DNA from: Planctomycetota bacterium
GTDB taxonomy: Bacteria > Planctomycetota > GCA-002687715 > CAIWVZ01
Assembly: GCA_044222185.1 (NCBI GenBank)
Contig: JBGANV010000011.1
Coordinates: 113,611 to 177,610, forward strand
DNA: 64,000 nucleotides
Direction: 5' to 3'
The first letter of the stretch is position 1. Each line of letters begins with the position of its first letter. This document shows, piece after piece, positions 40,651 to 51,305 of the stretch. The notes under the pieces are model-generated. The model made no database searches. It was not told the origin of the DNA and saw only the letters and a program-made list of their open reading frames with translations. The position numbers and the translations under genes are program-made.

Positions 40651-43600
40651 TCAGCGAACGGCTCCAACCACGCCGAGGTGGCGGTCGAACCACGGCAACG
40701 CGTGCGCGAACTTCACGGCGGGCGACAGCATGTGGTGGCCGCCGGGATGCACGACGTGTTCCTTCACTTCGCTGCCGAGAAGATCGAACATGGGCACCTG
40801 CGCCTCCTTCACCGGGTAGATGGGGTCGGCGTCGCCGTTCAACATCAGCACTGGCACCCGAACGTGAGGCAGATACTGCGGCCAGATGCGAAACACGTGT
40901 CTGGTGGACAGTGCGTTCGGCTCCAAGCCTCCAGCCTCGAACACGGCCGCGCGCACGCGCGGCTCGATCGCGAGCAGACTCCCGCCCCACATGGCACCGC
41001 GACTGAATCCGTAGTAGCCGATGCGTTCACCATCCAGGCCATTCCGTTGCACGACGTAGTCGACCGTTCGCATCAGATCCCGGCCGATCAACAGCCTGAG
41101 ATCCTCCGCCGCCTTCTCGTCGCGCGCGGAAAGCGCGAGTTCGCGCCGCTCGTAGGTGCCGGCGAACACGGGGCGCACGAGGGCGCGCCCACTGCGCACG
41201 ATGGCGTCGATCCCGTACTCCTGTGCGAGAGGCCGCATGCGCGGGAGCATCTGGGCGTCGGCCGGCGGCGCGTAGATGATCGCCTGATGGCCGCGCGCAG
41301 GCCGCGCGCCCTTCGGCAAGTAGAGGTGCACCGTGAGCCTTTCCTGACGGCCCCTCGCGTCGAAGTACGCCGCATCGAGTTGCGCCGTCACGTGGTGCCA
41401 TGCGCCCTCGTCGGTTTCCTCTTCGCTGACGTTCAGCGGCTTCGCGTGGTCGTAGTCGAAGCGATCCCGGACTGCGACTTCGAACGTGGCCTCATTGGCA
41501 AGCTGGGCGTGGGTGAGCGGTGCCGGCCACGTGCGTGTGGCGAGAGCTTCGAACGCCGCCGGCGGCCCGACTGCGTCGCCCAACTTCACGCAGCGAAAGC
41601 CCGTGTGCGCGTCGCGCTGAAGCGGCGAGCGGCGATCGAGCGTCAGAGGGATGTAGACCGGTTCCCCGCAGGCGCCTCCGAGCGCGAAGCGTTGACCATC
41701 GGCGGTGCCATTGATGCACCACTCGCGCGCATTGCCGGCGAGGCCGACCGTTCCGTAGAGGCCGACGTCGTGCAACGCCGTCACCGGCTGGAGACCGGCG
41801 CCGAAGTTCCACATTCGGACGAGATCGTCACCCCCGAGCACCACCGAGAACTCGGCCTGGCAGGCGAGCGCCCAGTGGTAAACGGTGGGAAGGCCCTTGC
41901 CGGCGAACCGCGCAAACGCCATGGCTTCGAACCAGCTCAAGCCCGTGACGGGGAGATCGCGCTCGCCTGCCGCAAACGAGCCGCGCCGCCAGTTAGCGGG
42001 GCCGGGTGACCCGGTCGAGTCGACGAGCAGAGGCCTCACCGCCTCCCACGTCGAGGGTGCGCCCTGTGCGTCGACGAACGGCAAATCGCCCCAGAATCGC
42101 GGTTCACCATAGCCGCCGCTGCGCACGAACCGCTCGTAGTCGCCATTGGTGACTTCGTGCCGATCGACGAGGAATGGCGCCAACTCCAGGTCGCGAAACA
42201 CGACCACCTGCTCCATCCCCGGGCAGGCAGGCGCGCCGCCGCCGACGCGCACCATGTCCGGCGGAGTCGCGTCCTCCTCCTCCAGTTCGAAGTGGACGGA
42301 CTGTGGCGGGCGGAGACCGACCACGTCGCGATAGCCGGATTTGCTCGCGCGCCACGCGAGCTCGCCGCGCGGCACGCGCAGGAGCCGCGCTCGATCGTTC
42401 GTGCGTATCACCGGCTGCCACGCGTCGTCCGCGCCATCCAGCCACCGGATCGAGACGTCCGCGCCTGGCGGATTCGAGGAAACGGTGCAGGTCTGCGCGC
42501 ATTGCTCCCACAACTCGGGCAAGCTCGCATGATCCGGCAAGAGCACGCTGATGTCCTCGAGCAGGCGGAATGCCGCACGGTAGTCACCGCGCCGGATCGC
42601 CCGCTGCACGTCGGGAATGCGATCCATCGCGGCACGCTCCTGCTGGGCGCGATCGGCCGCGGCATGCATGGCGAGGCTGAGCCACCCGGCCGCAGCGAGG
42701 GACGCAACGCAGATCACGAGGAGGACCGAGACACGGTGCCGGCGCGCGAACTTCCGGAGTCGGTAGGCCAGCGACGGTGGGCCCGCAAGCACGGGAGCGT
42801 CGGCGAGGTGGCGACGGACGTCAGCGGCCAACTCGCCCGCGGACTCGTAGCGGCGGTCCGGGTTCTTCTCGATGGCCCGCATCACGATCCAATCGAGATC
42901 TCCGCGGACGAGACGCCCAAGTCGCTTGACGGTGGTGCGGCGCGCGGTCGCGACATCCTCCGCGATGCGAGTGCTCGGCCGGCGTGCCTCGTCTTGTTCG
43001 AGGCGGCGCAGGCGCTCGATGGAGCTTCCATCGTCGTGCGGGCCTTTGGAGAACGGCGTCGCGCCGCAGAGCAGTTCGTAAAGCAGGACCCCGAGCGAGA
43101 AGATGTCGCTGCGGGTGTCGACGGCCGCCGTGCCCTTTGCCGCCTGCTCGGGACTCATGTAGTCGATCGTTCCGACGATCGCACCGTGCTGCGTGTGCAC
43201 CGATATGTCGCCTGGCTGTGGCGAGATCGCCTTGGCGATGCCGAAGTCGATGACCTTCGCGGTATGCCGCCCGTCGGACTGCGTGACGAGCACATTCGAC
43301 GGCTTGATGTCGCGGTGGATGATTCCCTGCTGGTGTGCGTGCTGTATGGCGGACAGACGGAGACGAACAGCTCGAGCCGTTCGCGCAGAGCCACACGCTG
43401 CGCGTCACAGTAGCGTGTGATCGATTCGCCACGCACGAGCTCCATCACGAAGTAGGGCCGTCCCGCCGGCGTCGCGCCCGCATCGAGAACGCGAGCGATG
43501 TTCTCATGGTTCATTCGCGCGAGCGCCTGGCGCTCGGCCGCAAAACGCGCGACGACCTCGGCGCTGTCCATGCCGAACTTGATCAATTTGAGCGCGACCT

Positions 43601-43910
43601 GCCGTCGTACAGGCTTCTCCTGCTGCGCGAGCCAAACCGCGCCCATTCCGCCTTCGCCGATTCGTTCGAGCAGCACGTATGGGCCGACCTCGGCCCCTGC
43701 GACCTCGGTGACGGCCGATGATTCCACGTCGAGCTGCCCGATGATCGCGGGCTGATCGAGGAAGCTCCCCGCTTCGAGCATGCGCTGCACCTGGTGAAGT
43801 AGCGATTGGTTCGCGCCGCACGCAGCTCGCAAGTACGCGGAACGCTCCTCTGACGACGCCAGGGCGCGCGCGTTGAAGAAGATCGACTCGAGGGAAGACG
43901 GGTTGCTCAT
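40651..43910 (-). pseudogene. Ser/Thr kinase + TM + FGE/SUMF1 + alpha/beta-hydrolase fusion, frameshifted at about 43351 (real lesion or sequencing error)
   Basis: IGEGGMG and VALK lie in one frame; HRDIKPSN, DFG, YMSPEQ, HEVTN..Y, GNAREWC, GFRC, GFSRG and H lie in another. The junction TGT-CC-GCC lacks one base. Confidence 0.85.
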
Positions 43911-43977
43911 GACGGCCGTTCACCATCCGTGCGACGGGTGTCGACCGAAGCCCTCACGATGGCGGCAGAATTCACCG

Positions 43978-44535
43978 TCAGGCTCCGCGCGCCAGTTCTG
44001 CGTAAAGCCATGCGCGGGCGAACGTCCAGTGCCGCTCGGCCGTCGCGAGCGAGATCTCGAGCGCCGAGGCGACCTCCGGCATCGTGAGCCCCGCGAAGAA
44101 GCGAAGCTTCACCACCGCGGCTTTCTGTGGCTCGATCCGGGCGAAGCGATCGAGTGCTTCGTCGAGAGCCATCAGGTCGAGCGACGGCGGATCCGCCACG
44201 CCGCAGCCCGAATCGAGGTCGACGCGCTTCTGTCCGCGGCCGTGCTTGAGGCGTCCGTGCCTACGCGCCTTCTCGATGAGGATCCGGCGCATGGCCTCCG
44301 CCGCTGCGGCGAAGAAGTGCCCGCGGCCGTTCCAGCTCGCGTCGGCTTTGTCGCCGCCGAGGCGTAGCCACGCTTCATGAACGAGGGCCGTCGCTTGCAG
44401 CGTATGACCGCGCTCGCGGGCGAGCTGGGCACTGGCGAGGTGCCGCAACTCGCCGTAGACCGCGAGCAGCAATTGATCACTCGCGCCGACGTCGCCCATG
44501 CGCAGTCGTTCGAGAATCCGCGTGACGTCGCCCAT
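43978..44535 (-). CDS. ECF sigma-70 factor, TIGR02999-like (kinase-associated)
   Basis: VYGELRHLA...HTLQATALVHEAWLRL...HFFAAAAEAMRRIL...WTFARAWL. Confidence 0.95.
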   Translation of the reverse strand: MGDVTRILERLRMGDVGASDQLLLAVYGELRHLASAQLARERGHTLQATALVHEAWLRLGGDKADASWNGRGHFFAAAAEAMRRILIEKARRHGRLKHGRGQKRVDLDSGCGVADPPSLDLMALDEALDRFARIEPQKAAVVKLRFFAGLTMPEVASALEISLATAERHWTFARAWLYAELARGA

Positions 44536-44643
44536 CGCGCGCAACCTACCACGAGCAGGATCGGCGCGGCGAACTCAGGGAGGTTCTGATCCGGCGGGGC
44601 CGGGTGTCATTTCTCACGGCGCGCTCGAGACCTCGGCCAGGGC

Positions 44644-45999
44644 TCAGTTGCCGATGTTCGACGACTGTGCCTGCTGGATGATCGCGCTCGCGTCGGCGGC
44701 AAGCAGGTACCCGTGCGCCTGAAGGAATGCCGCGTGCTGCGTGATTCCAGCGACGTAGGAGGCGTGGCTCGTGAAACTGGCGGTGCGGTCGATGTGCCCG
44801 CCGGCAAGTGCGCGGAGCTGTCCCGGCAACGTACCATCGATGTAGGCCGGTGCGAACGGAATGTACTGGTTCTCGCCCACGGCGACTGCCGGCAACCGAT
44901 ACTGCGTCGTATTGAACGGCTGGCGGCCGACGAAACGCACGAGAGCGTTGCCGTTCGCGTCGCGTGTGATCGTCGCGTCGTTTGGCGCTCCGAGCCACAG
45001 ACTGGGTGGCGGCAGGATGCCGTCGCACCAGTTGTTCCCGACGACGAAGAACGTGCGGAAGAACGGAGTCCAATCCGCCGTGTTGGCACTGGCCGGATCC
45101 GCGAGGCCGAACTCGGCCGCATCGACCGCCCGCAAGTGCGCCGCGCCGGCGAACTGGTAGCAGCGGTAATTTGCCTCTTCGTGGCGTGTCTTGTGGGCGT
45201 CCAATGCGAGGACGTCCGTCTCCGACTGGAAGTCGATCTCGAGGCCGGCGCCGCATCGCGGCGGCTTCTCGGCGTTGGAGAACGCGAGGCCATTGCCGGT
45301 CGGATGCATGAACCCCTTGCCGGTGCCCCCGACCAGCGAGAAGTGGAATTGACCGACGCCCTCAGGCGACCGCAGGAGGCCGCGCAGGCGGAAGCCGCCC
45401 GTCGAATACGAGAACGCCGCGCGCCGTTGAATTGCGCCCGTCTTCTGAAGCGCGATTGGATCGCTGCGCAACGCGTTCAGAAAACTCACGACGATTTCGA
45501 ACTCATCGCCAGCCGACGTGATGAACTCAGACGTCGTGTCCAGCAGACCATCGGACCATGGCCGTAAGGGATTGCTCACCACCGAGCGCCGGCCGATGCC
45601 CGCCTGATCGCAGCGAACCGTCGCGTAGACGAGTCCCCTACCGAAGAGGAATTCGTCGCCCATCGTGTAGCGTGCGTCTGCCTGTTCCTGGCCGACGGCG
45701 GTGGCGATGGTCGTCGCGACGAGCCAATCGAAGAGCAGCAGCCCCGAACCCTGGCTTGGATTCGTGGGGGCAATGATCTGGCACGGAACCCGGAACGGAT
45801 GGTTGTCGGACGTGACGCCCTGGAACATCGCTTCGTAGCGCGAATAGGCAACGCCATTGAACGTGCCCTGTGGGGCGGTGACCACCGTGTTCGGATCGAT
45901 GGCACCCTGGGGAGCGGACTGCCCGTTCGCGACGCCAGTCGGAACGAGCCCAATCATCGGGAGGACGAGAGCGAGCGGAAGGACGAAGGACCGCAGCAT
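44644..45999 (-). CDS. Secreted alpha/beta-hydrolase-domain protein
   Basis: Signal peptide, FSYSTGG nucleophile-elbow-like motif, QSETD, Y.FAG.AH, RDANGNA and GYLL..DA. Confidence 0.78.
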   Translation of the reverse strand: MLRSFVLPLALVLPMIGLVPTGVANGQSAPQGAIDPNTVVTAPQGTFNGVAYSRYEAMFQGVTSDNHPFRVPCQIIAPTNPSQGSGLLLFDWLVATTIATAVGQEQADARYTMGDEFLFGRGLVYATVRCDQAGIGRRSVVSNPLRPWSDGLLDTTSEFITSAGDEFEIVVSFLNALRSDPIALQKTGAIQRRAAFSYSTGGFRLRGLLRSPEGVGQFHFSLVGGTGKGFMHPTGNGLAFSNAEKPPRCGAGLEIDFQSETDVLALDAHKTRHEEANYRCYQFAGAAHLRAVDAAEFGLADPASANTADWTPFFRTFFVVGNNWCDGILPPPSLWLGAPNDATITRDANGNALVRFVGRQPFNTTQYRLPAVAVGENQYIPFAPAYIDGTLPGQLRALAGGHIDRTASFTSHASYVAGITQHAAFLQAHGYLLAADASAIIQQAQSSNIGN

Positions 46000-46537
46000 G
46001 GGAATCTCAGATCTGTCCGCGCAGTTGGCGACGAACGGCAGTGCTCGCGGACGACTTCGCCCACCGTTCGCCCTTCCGTGCGACGCCCGAGTCTCGCCCC
46101 CCTCACCTCGCTCTGCATTTTCTGCCAGCCCAGGGTCCCGAGCTCGTCCTCTCGCTCCGGTGCGCCGCGCCGCGCGCGCCCTCGATCGGGGGCTCCCGAG
46201 GGCGAGCCATGGCCGAATGGGCTTCGAACTCGGAGCCTCCACGGTGAGCACGCAGGCGCGGCCGTCGGCGCTGGCATGTGCGTCGCCTCAAACCGGGGCC
46301 GACCCATGGTCGCGGGCGGCGGTTCTCCGGCGTCGGTCGGTCCCGACTTCCGGTCCTCCGCGGGCAGAGGCACCTTGCCCCGAGCCCCAGGATGCGAATA
46401 GGCTCCCGTCGTGATGCGTGGGCTCGGGTTCCGCCGAAGTGAGCGCCGAAGCGTGCACGGCCATTCACCTCACGCGGGCCTTCAGGCAGACGCAACGGTT
46501 GGAAATTCGAGCCCCTCTCACCGGCGCGAGGTGCAAC

Positions 46538-47440
46538 ATGACGACGACGAAGATCGCATTCATCAGCTATCGGCGGGAGGACAGCTCGGCGGCGGCTCGA
46601 AGCCTGCGAGAGAACCTCTTCGCGGCCTTCGGCGACGCCATCTTCATGGATATCGACGAGATCAGGGTCGGAAACGATTGGCCGCAGGATCTCGAGCGCG
46701 CGCTCTCCTCCGCATCGGTGCTCCTCGTCGTCATCGGCCCTACATGGCTGCGCCTCTCCGACCAGTATGGTCGGCGCCGCCTCGACTTGCCCAACGATTG
46801 GGTTCGCACGGAGATCGAACGCGCCATCGGTCGAAAGATCCCGATCGTTCCCGTCATAGTCGGACGCGCGACCATGCCACCTCGCGAAGCACTCCCCGCG
46901 GCGATCGCGGACCTATCGAATCATCAGTACGTCGCGTTGCGGGAGAGCCATTGGAAGGAAGACCTCCAGCCGCTGGTAGATGTCCTGTCGTCCGCACCCC
47001 TTTCATTCCCACGGGCGGGGTCGAGGGTGCCCGTGCCGGTCTGGAGCGCTGCCAAGAGACCGGAGACCCTGCCTCGCGCACTCGAGCCAGACGAAATCCA
47101 ACAAGCGCTCGCGAGGCACCCGGGCTGGACGATCGTCCGGAGTCCCCTGCCCGGGGATTACCCAAAGGAACGCGTGGAACTGCATCGCGTCTTTCGGTTC
47201 GCCGACTTCGACCACGCGATCGATTTCATGAGCGATGCACGACCGTTCATCAACCGAACGAACCACCATCCGCGCTGGGAGAACGTGTTTCGCGCGGTGT
47301 CGGTCTGGCTCTCGACGTGGGATGTGGGTCACCGGATCTCGAAGCTCGATCTCGCGCTCGCTGCCCACCTGGACGAGCTTCATGCGAAGGTCGTTTCAGC
47401 CGCGCAGGCGCCCTCGACGGGAACGACGAGCGCGCCCTGA
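46538..47440 (+). CDS. TIR domain + pterin-4a-carbinolamine dehydratase (PCD/DCoH) fusion
   Basis: TIR part: FISYRRED...FMD...W...WVRTEI...IPIVPV. PCD part: GW...R.F.F.DF..A..F...HHP.W...V...L.TW......D..LA. Confidence 0.88.
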   Translation: MTTTKIAFISYRREDSSAAARSLRENLFAAFGDAIFMDIDEIRVGNDWPQDLERALSSASVLLVVIGPTWLRLSDQYGRRRLDLPNDWVRTEIERAIGRKIPIVPVIVGRATMPPREALPAAIADLSNHQYVALRESHWKEDLQPLVDVLSSAPLSFPRAGSRVPVPVWSAAKRPETLPRALEPDEIQQALARHPGWTIVRSPLPGDYPKERVELHRVFRFADFDHAIDFMSDARPFINRTNHHPRWENVFRAVSVWLSTWDVGHRISKLDLALAAHLDELHAKVVSAAQAPSTGTTSAP

Positions 47441-47760
47441 ATTGCCCGTGGCCTGGCCGGTGTCCAGGGGTCGGCTGGCGGATCATCCGCTCTCCACCGA
47501 GCGGGCGACCGTTCTCTTCAGCCGCCGAGGCACTGCGGCGGCAGTGGCCCGAGGCGGGTACGGGACATGGCGGACGAAGCGCTGGCGCCGTGTGTGCGCG
47601 GAATGCGCAGAATCGATTGGCAGCAGATCCGAATCCGGCCACGACACAACGACCCGCGTTCGCCTCGGCGTGGCGCCGATCGAACGACACGGGTCGCTGC
47701 CCTCAAACCCGACTCGTTCGTGCTCCGCCCGACCCGCTACGATCACGCCCCTCATTGCCC

Positions 47761-48546
47761 ATGGCCACATCCCCTGAAATGCCCCACGCTCGTGCGAACT
47801 ATGGAGTCGACGCGCCGGGAGTCGTTCGCAACCTGGTCGTTGCCGCCGCCGTCGGACTCCTGCTCTGGACCCTCACCTTCACGGGGATCTGGTCCGGCGT
47901 CCTGGTGCTCGGGCCGGTGGCGTTGAGTTTCGGTCCGATGTGTCTGATCACGGGCGTCCTCTGCACCGGGATGGCTGCGTGGATGCTCTTCGAGAGCAGA
48001 GTTGGGAAGCTCAGAGAGCGCGAACGTCTCCTGGACCTCCTCCCGTGGACCGGTCACGAGCACGTGCTCGACGTGGGGTGCGGGCGCGGATTGATGCTGA
48101 TCGGCGCGGCCAAACGGCTCACGACGGGCAAGGCCACGGGCATCGACCTGTGGCATTCATCAGATCTCTCCGGGAACCGGCCCGAGGCTGCGCTCGAGAA
48201 TGCGCGCAGGGAAGGCGTCGTCGAGCGAGTGGAGGTCGTCACAGCGGATATGCGGTCCTTGCCCTTCCCCGACGCGTCGTTCGACGTCGTCTTGTCCTCG
48301 AACGCAATCCACAACCTCGAGGACGCCGCGGACCGCGATACCGCGATCGCGCAGATCGCCCGCGTCCTCAAGCCTGGCGGGCGGGTGCTCATCGTCGACA
48401 TTCGTCACCCCAACCAGTACGAGTCCGGCCTCCGCGCCGGCGGCTGTATGGAAGTGTCGCGCCGAGGGAGCGCGCTGCTCGCGCTCGGGCTCGGGATCCT
48501 GACTTTCGGCTCGCTCCGTCCGACCACGCTGCTTTGTCGAAAGTGA
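47761..48546 (+). CDS. Class I SAM-dependent methyltransferase with N-terminal TM helices
   Basis: VLDVGCGRG, DMRSLPFPDASFDVV and RVLKPGG motifs. Confidence 0.92.
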   Translation: MATSPEMPHARANYGVDAPGVVRNLVVAAAVGLLLWTLTFTGIWSGVLVLGPVALSFGPMCLITGVLCTGMAAWMLFESRVGKLRERERLLDLLPWTGHEHVLDVGCGRGLMLIGAAKRLTTGKATGIDLWHSSDLSGNRPEAALENARREGVVERVEVVTADMRSLPFPDASFDVVLSSNAIHNLEDAADRDTAIAQIARVLKPGGRVLIVDIRHPNQYESGLRAGGCMEVSRRGSALLALGLGILTFGSLRPTTLLCRK

Positions 48547-48644
48547 CACGCCTGATGACCAGAGCCCTGTCGATGATCCGCGGCGAACCTCGATCGGTGT
48601 CCAGGAATCGCCGATCGGCGTCGCGCCACAATAGAATGACGCCG

Positions 48645-49259
48645 ATGTCCAAGCCTCACACCTTGCGGTTCCCGATGGCGCCGTCGACCTTCGCAGCGCT
48701 CGGGATATCGCTGTTCCTACAGGGGTGCGCATCCGCGACCTGGGTTCCAGTGGAATCCGAGCCGTCAGGAGCCCGCATCTTCGTCGAGGGTCGCGATACC
48801 GGCGAGGTCACGCCGGCGCTCGTCGAGATCTCCGCCCATGCGCCCGATCCTGATGCACCGGCAGCGATCCAGGTTCTATTGCCGGACCATCCACCGACGA
48901 CCTCGCTTGCGTATTCGCCAGTCCACCGCTGCGATCAGCTCATCTGTGAGCACAAGCGGCGACGGACGTTGCCGTGTCGACTCCCGATCCTCGCTGCGGG
49001 AGGTGGCATCCGCTTCGACGCCCTCGATGAATCGTGGGAGGTGCAAATCGACGGTGGGCCTTGGCTGCGCGTTGACGGACCACCCGGCTATCCCCTGGCT
49101 GCCGCAGGATTGAGCATCCCCGCATCGCCAGGCGCGCACGCCTTTTCCTGGCGACTCGCCGATCCCGCGCTCCGCCGGCGGACCCCCGAAACGACTCGCA
49201 CCGTCGAGGTCCCGGAGTCAGGGTGGCTCGCCCTCACCGCCCGCCATCTGCCGTGGTGA
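48645..49259 (+). CDS. PEGA-domain lipoprotein
   Basis: Lipobox LQGC and VESEPSGARIFVEG...G..TP. Start is uncertain. Confidence 0.7.
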   Translation: MSKPHTLRFPMAPSTFAALGISLFLQGCASATWVPVESEPSGARIFVEGRDTGEVTPALVEISAHAPDPDAPAAIQVLLPDHPPTTSLAYSPVHRCDQLICEHKRRRTLPCRLPILAAGGGIRFDALDESWEVQIDGGPWLRVDGPPGYPLAAAGLSIPASPGAHAFSWRLADPALRRRTPETTRTVEVPESGWLALTARHLPW

Positions 49260-50708
49260 TGGGCGCGGGACTTCGTCGGGCGCCGACGAGTGGTCGACGC
49301 CTGCAACTCCGTGCGTTTTACAGCCCGTTGAAGAACCCCGCCGCCCCGTGCGCCAATGTCGTCGGAACCGAATTTCAGTGCCGCTTCGGCTGATCGTCGC
49401 GGGCCGCTGAGGCAATCGCTGTCGCTGATAGCCGCGCGTCAAGTGTCGGATAGCGAGCGCGAGCAGGCGCGAGAGCGCCCCGAGGGCCTCGGCGAGGCCT
49501 TTCGGCGTCCCGAACCCGCACAACTTCCTCATCACCAACCCGAGATTGAACGCGCTGACCTGCAGGAGGTAGCGCTTCTCGTTGTTCTCCCGACCCCGCA
49601 GGTGTGTGCGCCTCAGCCCACCAGTGTCGAGCAGATGAGCGAACGACCGTTCGACCATTTCCCCGCGCTTGCGCAGCAACCGTTTGCCGTGGTCGCTCCG
49701 GATCCGCCGCCGGTTCTGCTTCCAGCTCCGATGCGCGATCTCCGGTTCCGAAGCCCATCGGCGCTTCCCGCGAACGATAGGCTCGGCGATGCACGTCTTG
49801 ATGCCCGCGGTCGCGCAACCGGCAATCACCGATTCGGAGCGGTATCCCTTGTCGGCGATCACGGTGAAGTTCTCGCTCGGGATCTCCAGTTCATCGAAGG
49901 TCGCAACCACCGAGGTCAGCGTTGCAACCGAGGTGGCGTGGTCAGATTCATCGGCTGCGTTCACCGTGGCGGCGACGATCGCGCCGGTTTCCACATCGAC
50001 CGCATGTTCCGGCTTGTATGCCAAGTGCGTGCGACCGTCTTTCGTGCGGGCGATCTTCGCGTCTGGATCGATCGGCGACTTCCAATCCTTGTTCGAGGTC
50101 GACCGGTCCTCGCGCTTGCGGTCGAAACGGGCGACGTCTTCGCGCGTCGGCGCGGGCTCGCCCGCTTCCTTCGCGAGGCGCTCCACGTATCCGGCATAGC
50201 TCTCGTTCGTGTCGCGGCGGACGATCGTGCGCATCGCCGCGTTGGCGTCCATCGTGCTCGCATCGAGCGCCAGCGCGCGGCCCTTCGGAAGACCGGACTT
50301 CTTCAGGATCTCGAGGACGAGCCTGTTCACCGCGCGGAAGACCTCGATCGGGAGGCGCCGCCGCACGATCGACAACGAACTGTGATCCGGGGCCGCGTCC
50401 GCGGGGCCCAGCCCGATGAACGACTTCAGCGACATCGAATCGTCGAATCGCCAGGCCAGGCCGCGCTCCGAACTGATGCACTCGAAGTACCCGACCATGA
50501 CCATGCGGAAGTAGCGCCCAGGAGGGATCGAGGGGCGGCCGTTCCTACTTGCGTAGTGCTTCTCGCAGAGCGTCTCGACCTTCGCATCGAAGTCATTCGC
50601 CGCGAGAATCTCGTTCAGCTTGCCGAAGAACGGGTGGCTCGGCGTCTTGATCTCGGTCGTCGCCACCCACAGATCCCCTTGCCGCGGCCCCGTGCGTCCC
50701 ATCGACAT
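49218..50708 (-). CDS. IS1182-like DDE transposase (reads through the element end)
   Basis: GRPSIPP, PDHSSLS..R.R, DAS...ANA, DPDA, YK..HAVD, ADKGY and VERSF motifs. Confidence 0.92.
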   Translation of the reverse strand: MSMGRTGPRQGDLWVATTEIKTPSHPFFGKLNEILAANDFDAKVETLCEKHYASRNGRPSIPPGRYFRMVMVGYFECISSERGLAWRFDDSMSLKSFIGLGPADAAPDHSSLSIVRRRLPIEVFRAVNRLVLEILKKSGLPKGRALALDASTMDANAAMRTIVRRDTNESYAGYVERLAKEAGEPAPTREDVARFDRKREDRSTSNKDWKSPIDPDAKIARTKDGRTHLAYKPEHAVDVETGAIVAATVNAADESDHATSVATLTSVVATFDELEIPSENFTVIADKGYRSESVIAGCATAGIKTCIAEPIVRGKRRWASEPEIAHRSWKQNRRRIRSDHGKRLLRKRGEMVERSFAHLLDTGGLRRTHLRGRENNEKRYLLQVSAFNLGLVMRKLCGFGTPKGLAEALGALSRLLALAIRHLTRGYQRQRLPQRPATISRSGTEIRFRRHWRTGRRGSSTGCKTHGVAGVDHSSAPDEVPRPSPRQMAGGEGEPP

Positions 50709-50781
50709 GCGCTTCTCCTCAAGGAGTCGCAGCGATTACGTTCGAGATCGCCGGGGACTTCGCGAGTTTTTCAACGGGCTG
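49321..50781 (-). mobile_element. IS1182-like (IS5-related) insertion sequence with TIRs and a TTA duplication
   Basis: Left end CAGCCCGTTGAAGAACCC; right end reverse-complements to CAGCCCGTTGAAAAACTC. TTA at 49318-20 and 50782-84. Confidence 0.88.
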
Positions 50782-51305
50782 TTACGCGTGTACTAAGCGT
50801 GTACAGGATCGAGGCGATCGGACTACCGTCAGTGGGGCCGAGACGTCGCCTGGCGTCGCGCCGCACGTTCCGTCCAACGGCGCCGAATCGTCCCGACCGA
50901 GCACGCATTCGAGCAAATCATGCGTCCCACACCCGAGTCCTGCCGCCTGCACTCCCGCCTCGCGCAGTACCGCGATGCCCCTCATGCCTCCCCCGCTCGG
51001 CGCAGGTGGCGCAGGCGAGTTGCGAAGGCGTGCGGCATCTTCCTCGGGGCTGTGGACGCGGCCGAGATCATCGTGGGCGTCACCGGCGTGATCATCGCCG
51101 TCGGCTGGATCCTCCGCGCGATGTAAGGACCCGATTCGATTTCGCCGTGGGTGGAAGACCACGCCTCCGACTCCTCCCGCCTCCTGGGCGTCACTCTCTC
51201 GACAGGGTCGCCCCTCGGCCCCACAATTCGCCCTGCGAGGCCCGCTTCGAAGCTCGACCGAGTTCGTGCACCAGACGGGCGTGAAACATGCCCCGTGGGC
51301 AAGGA

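Noticed and set aside
50920-51126. 68-aa ORF with one hydrophobic segment next to the IS
   Set aside because: No clear RBS or motif, so it cannot be distinguished from chance.
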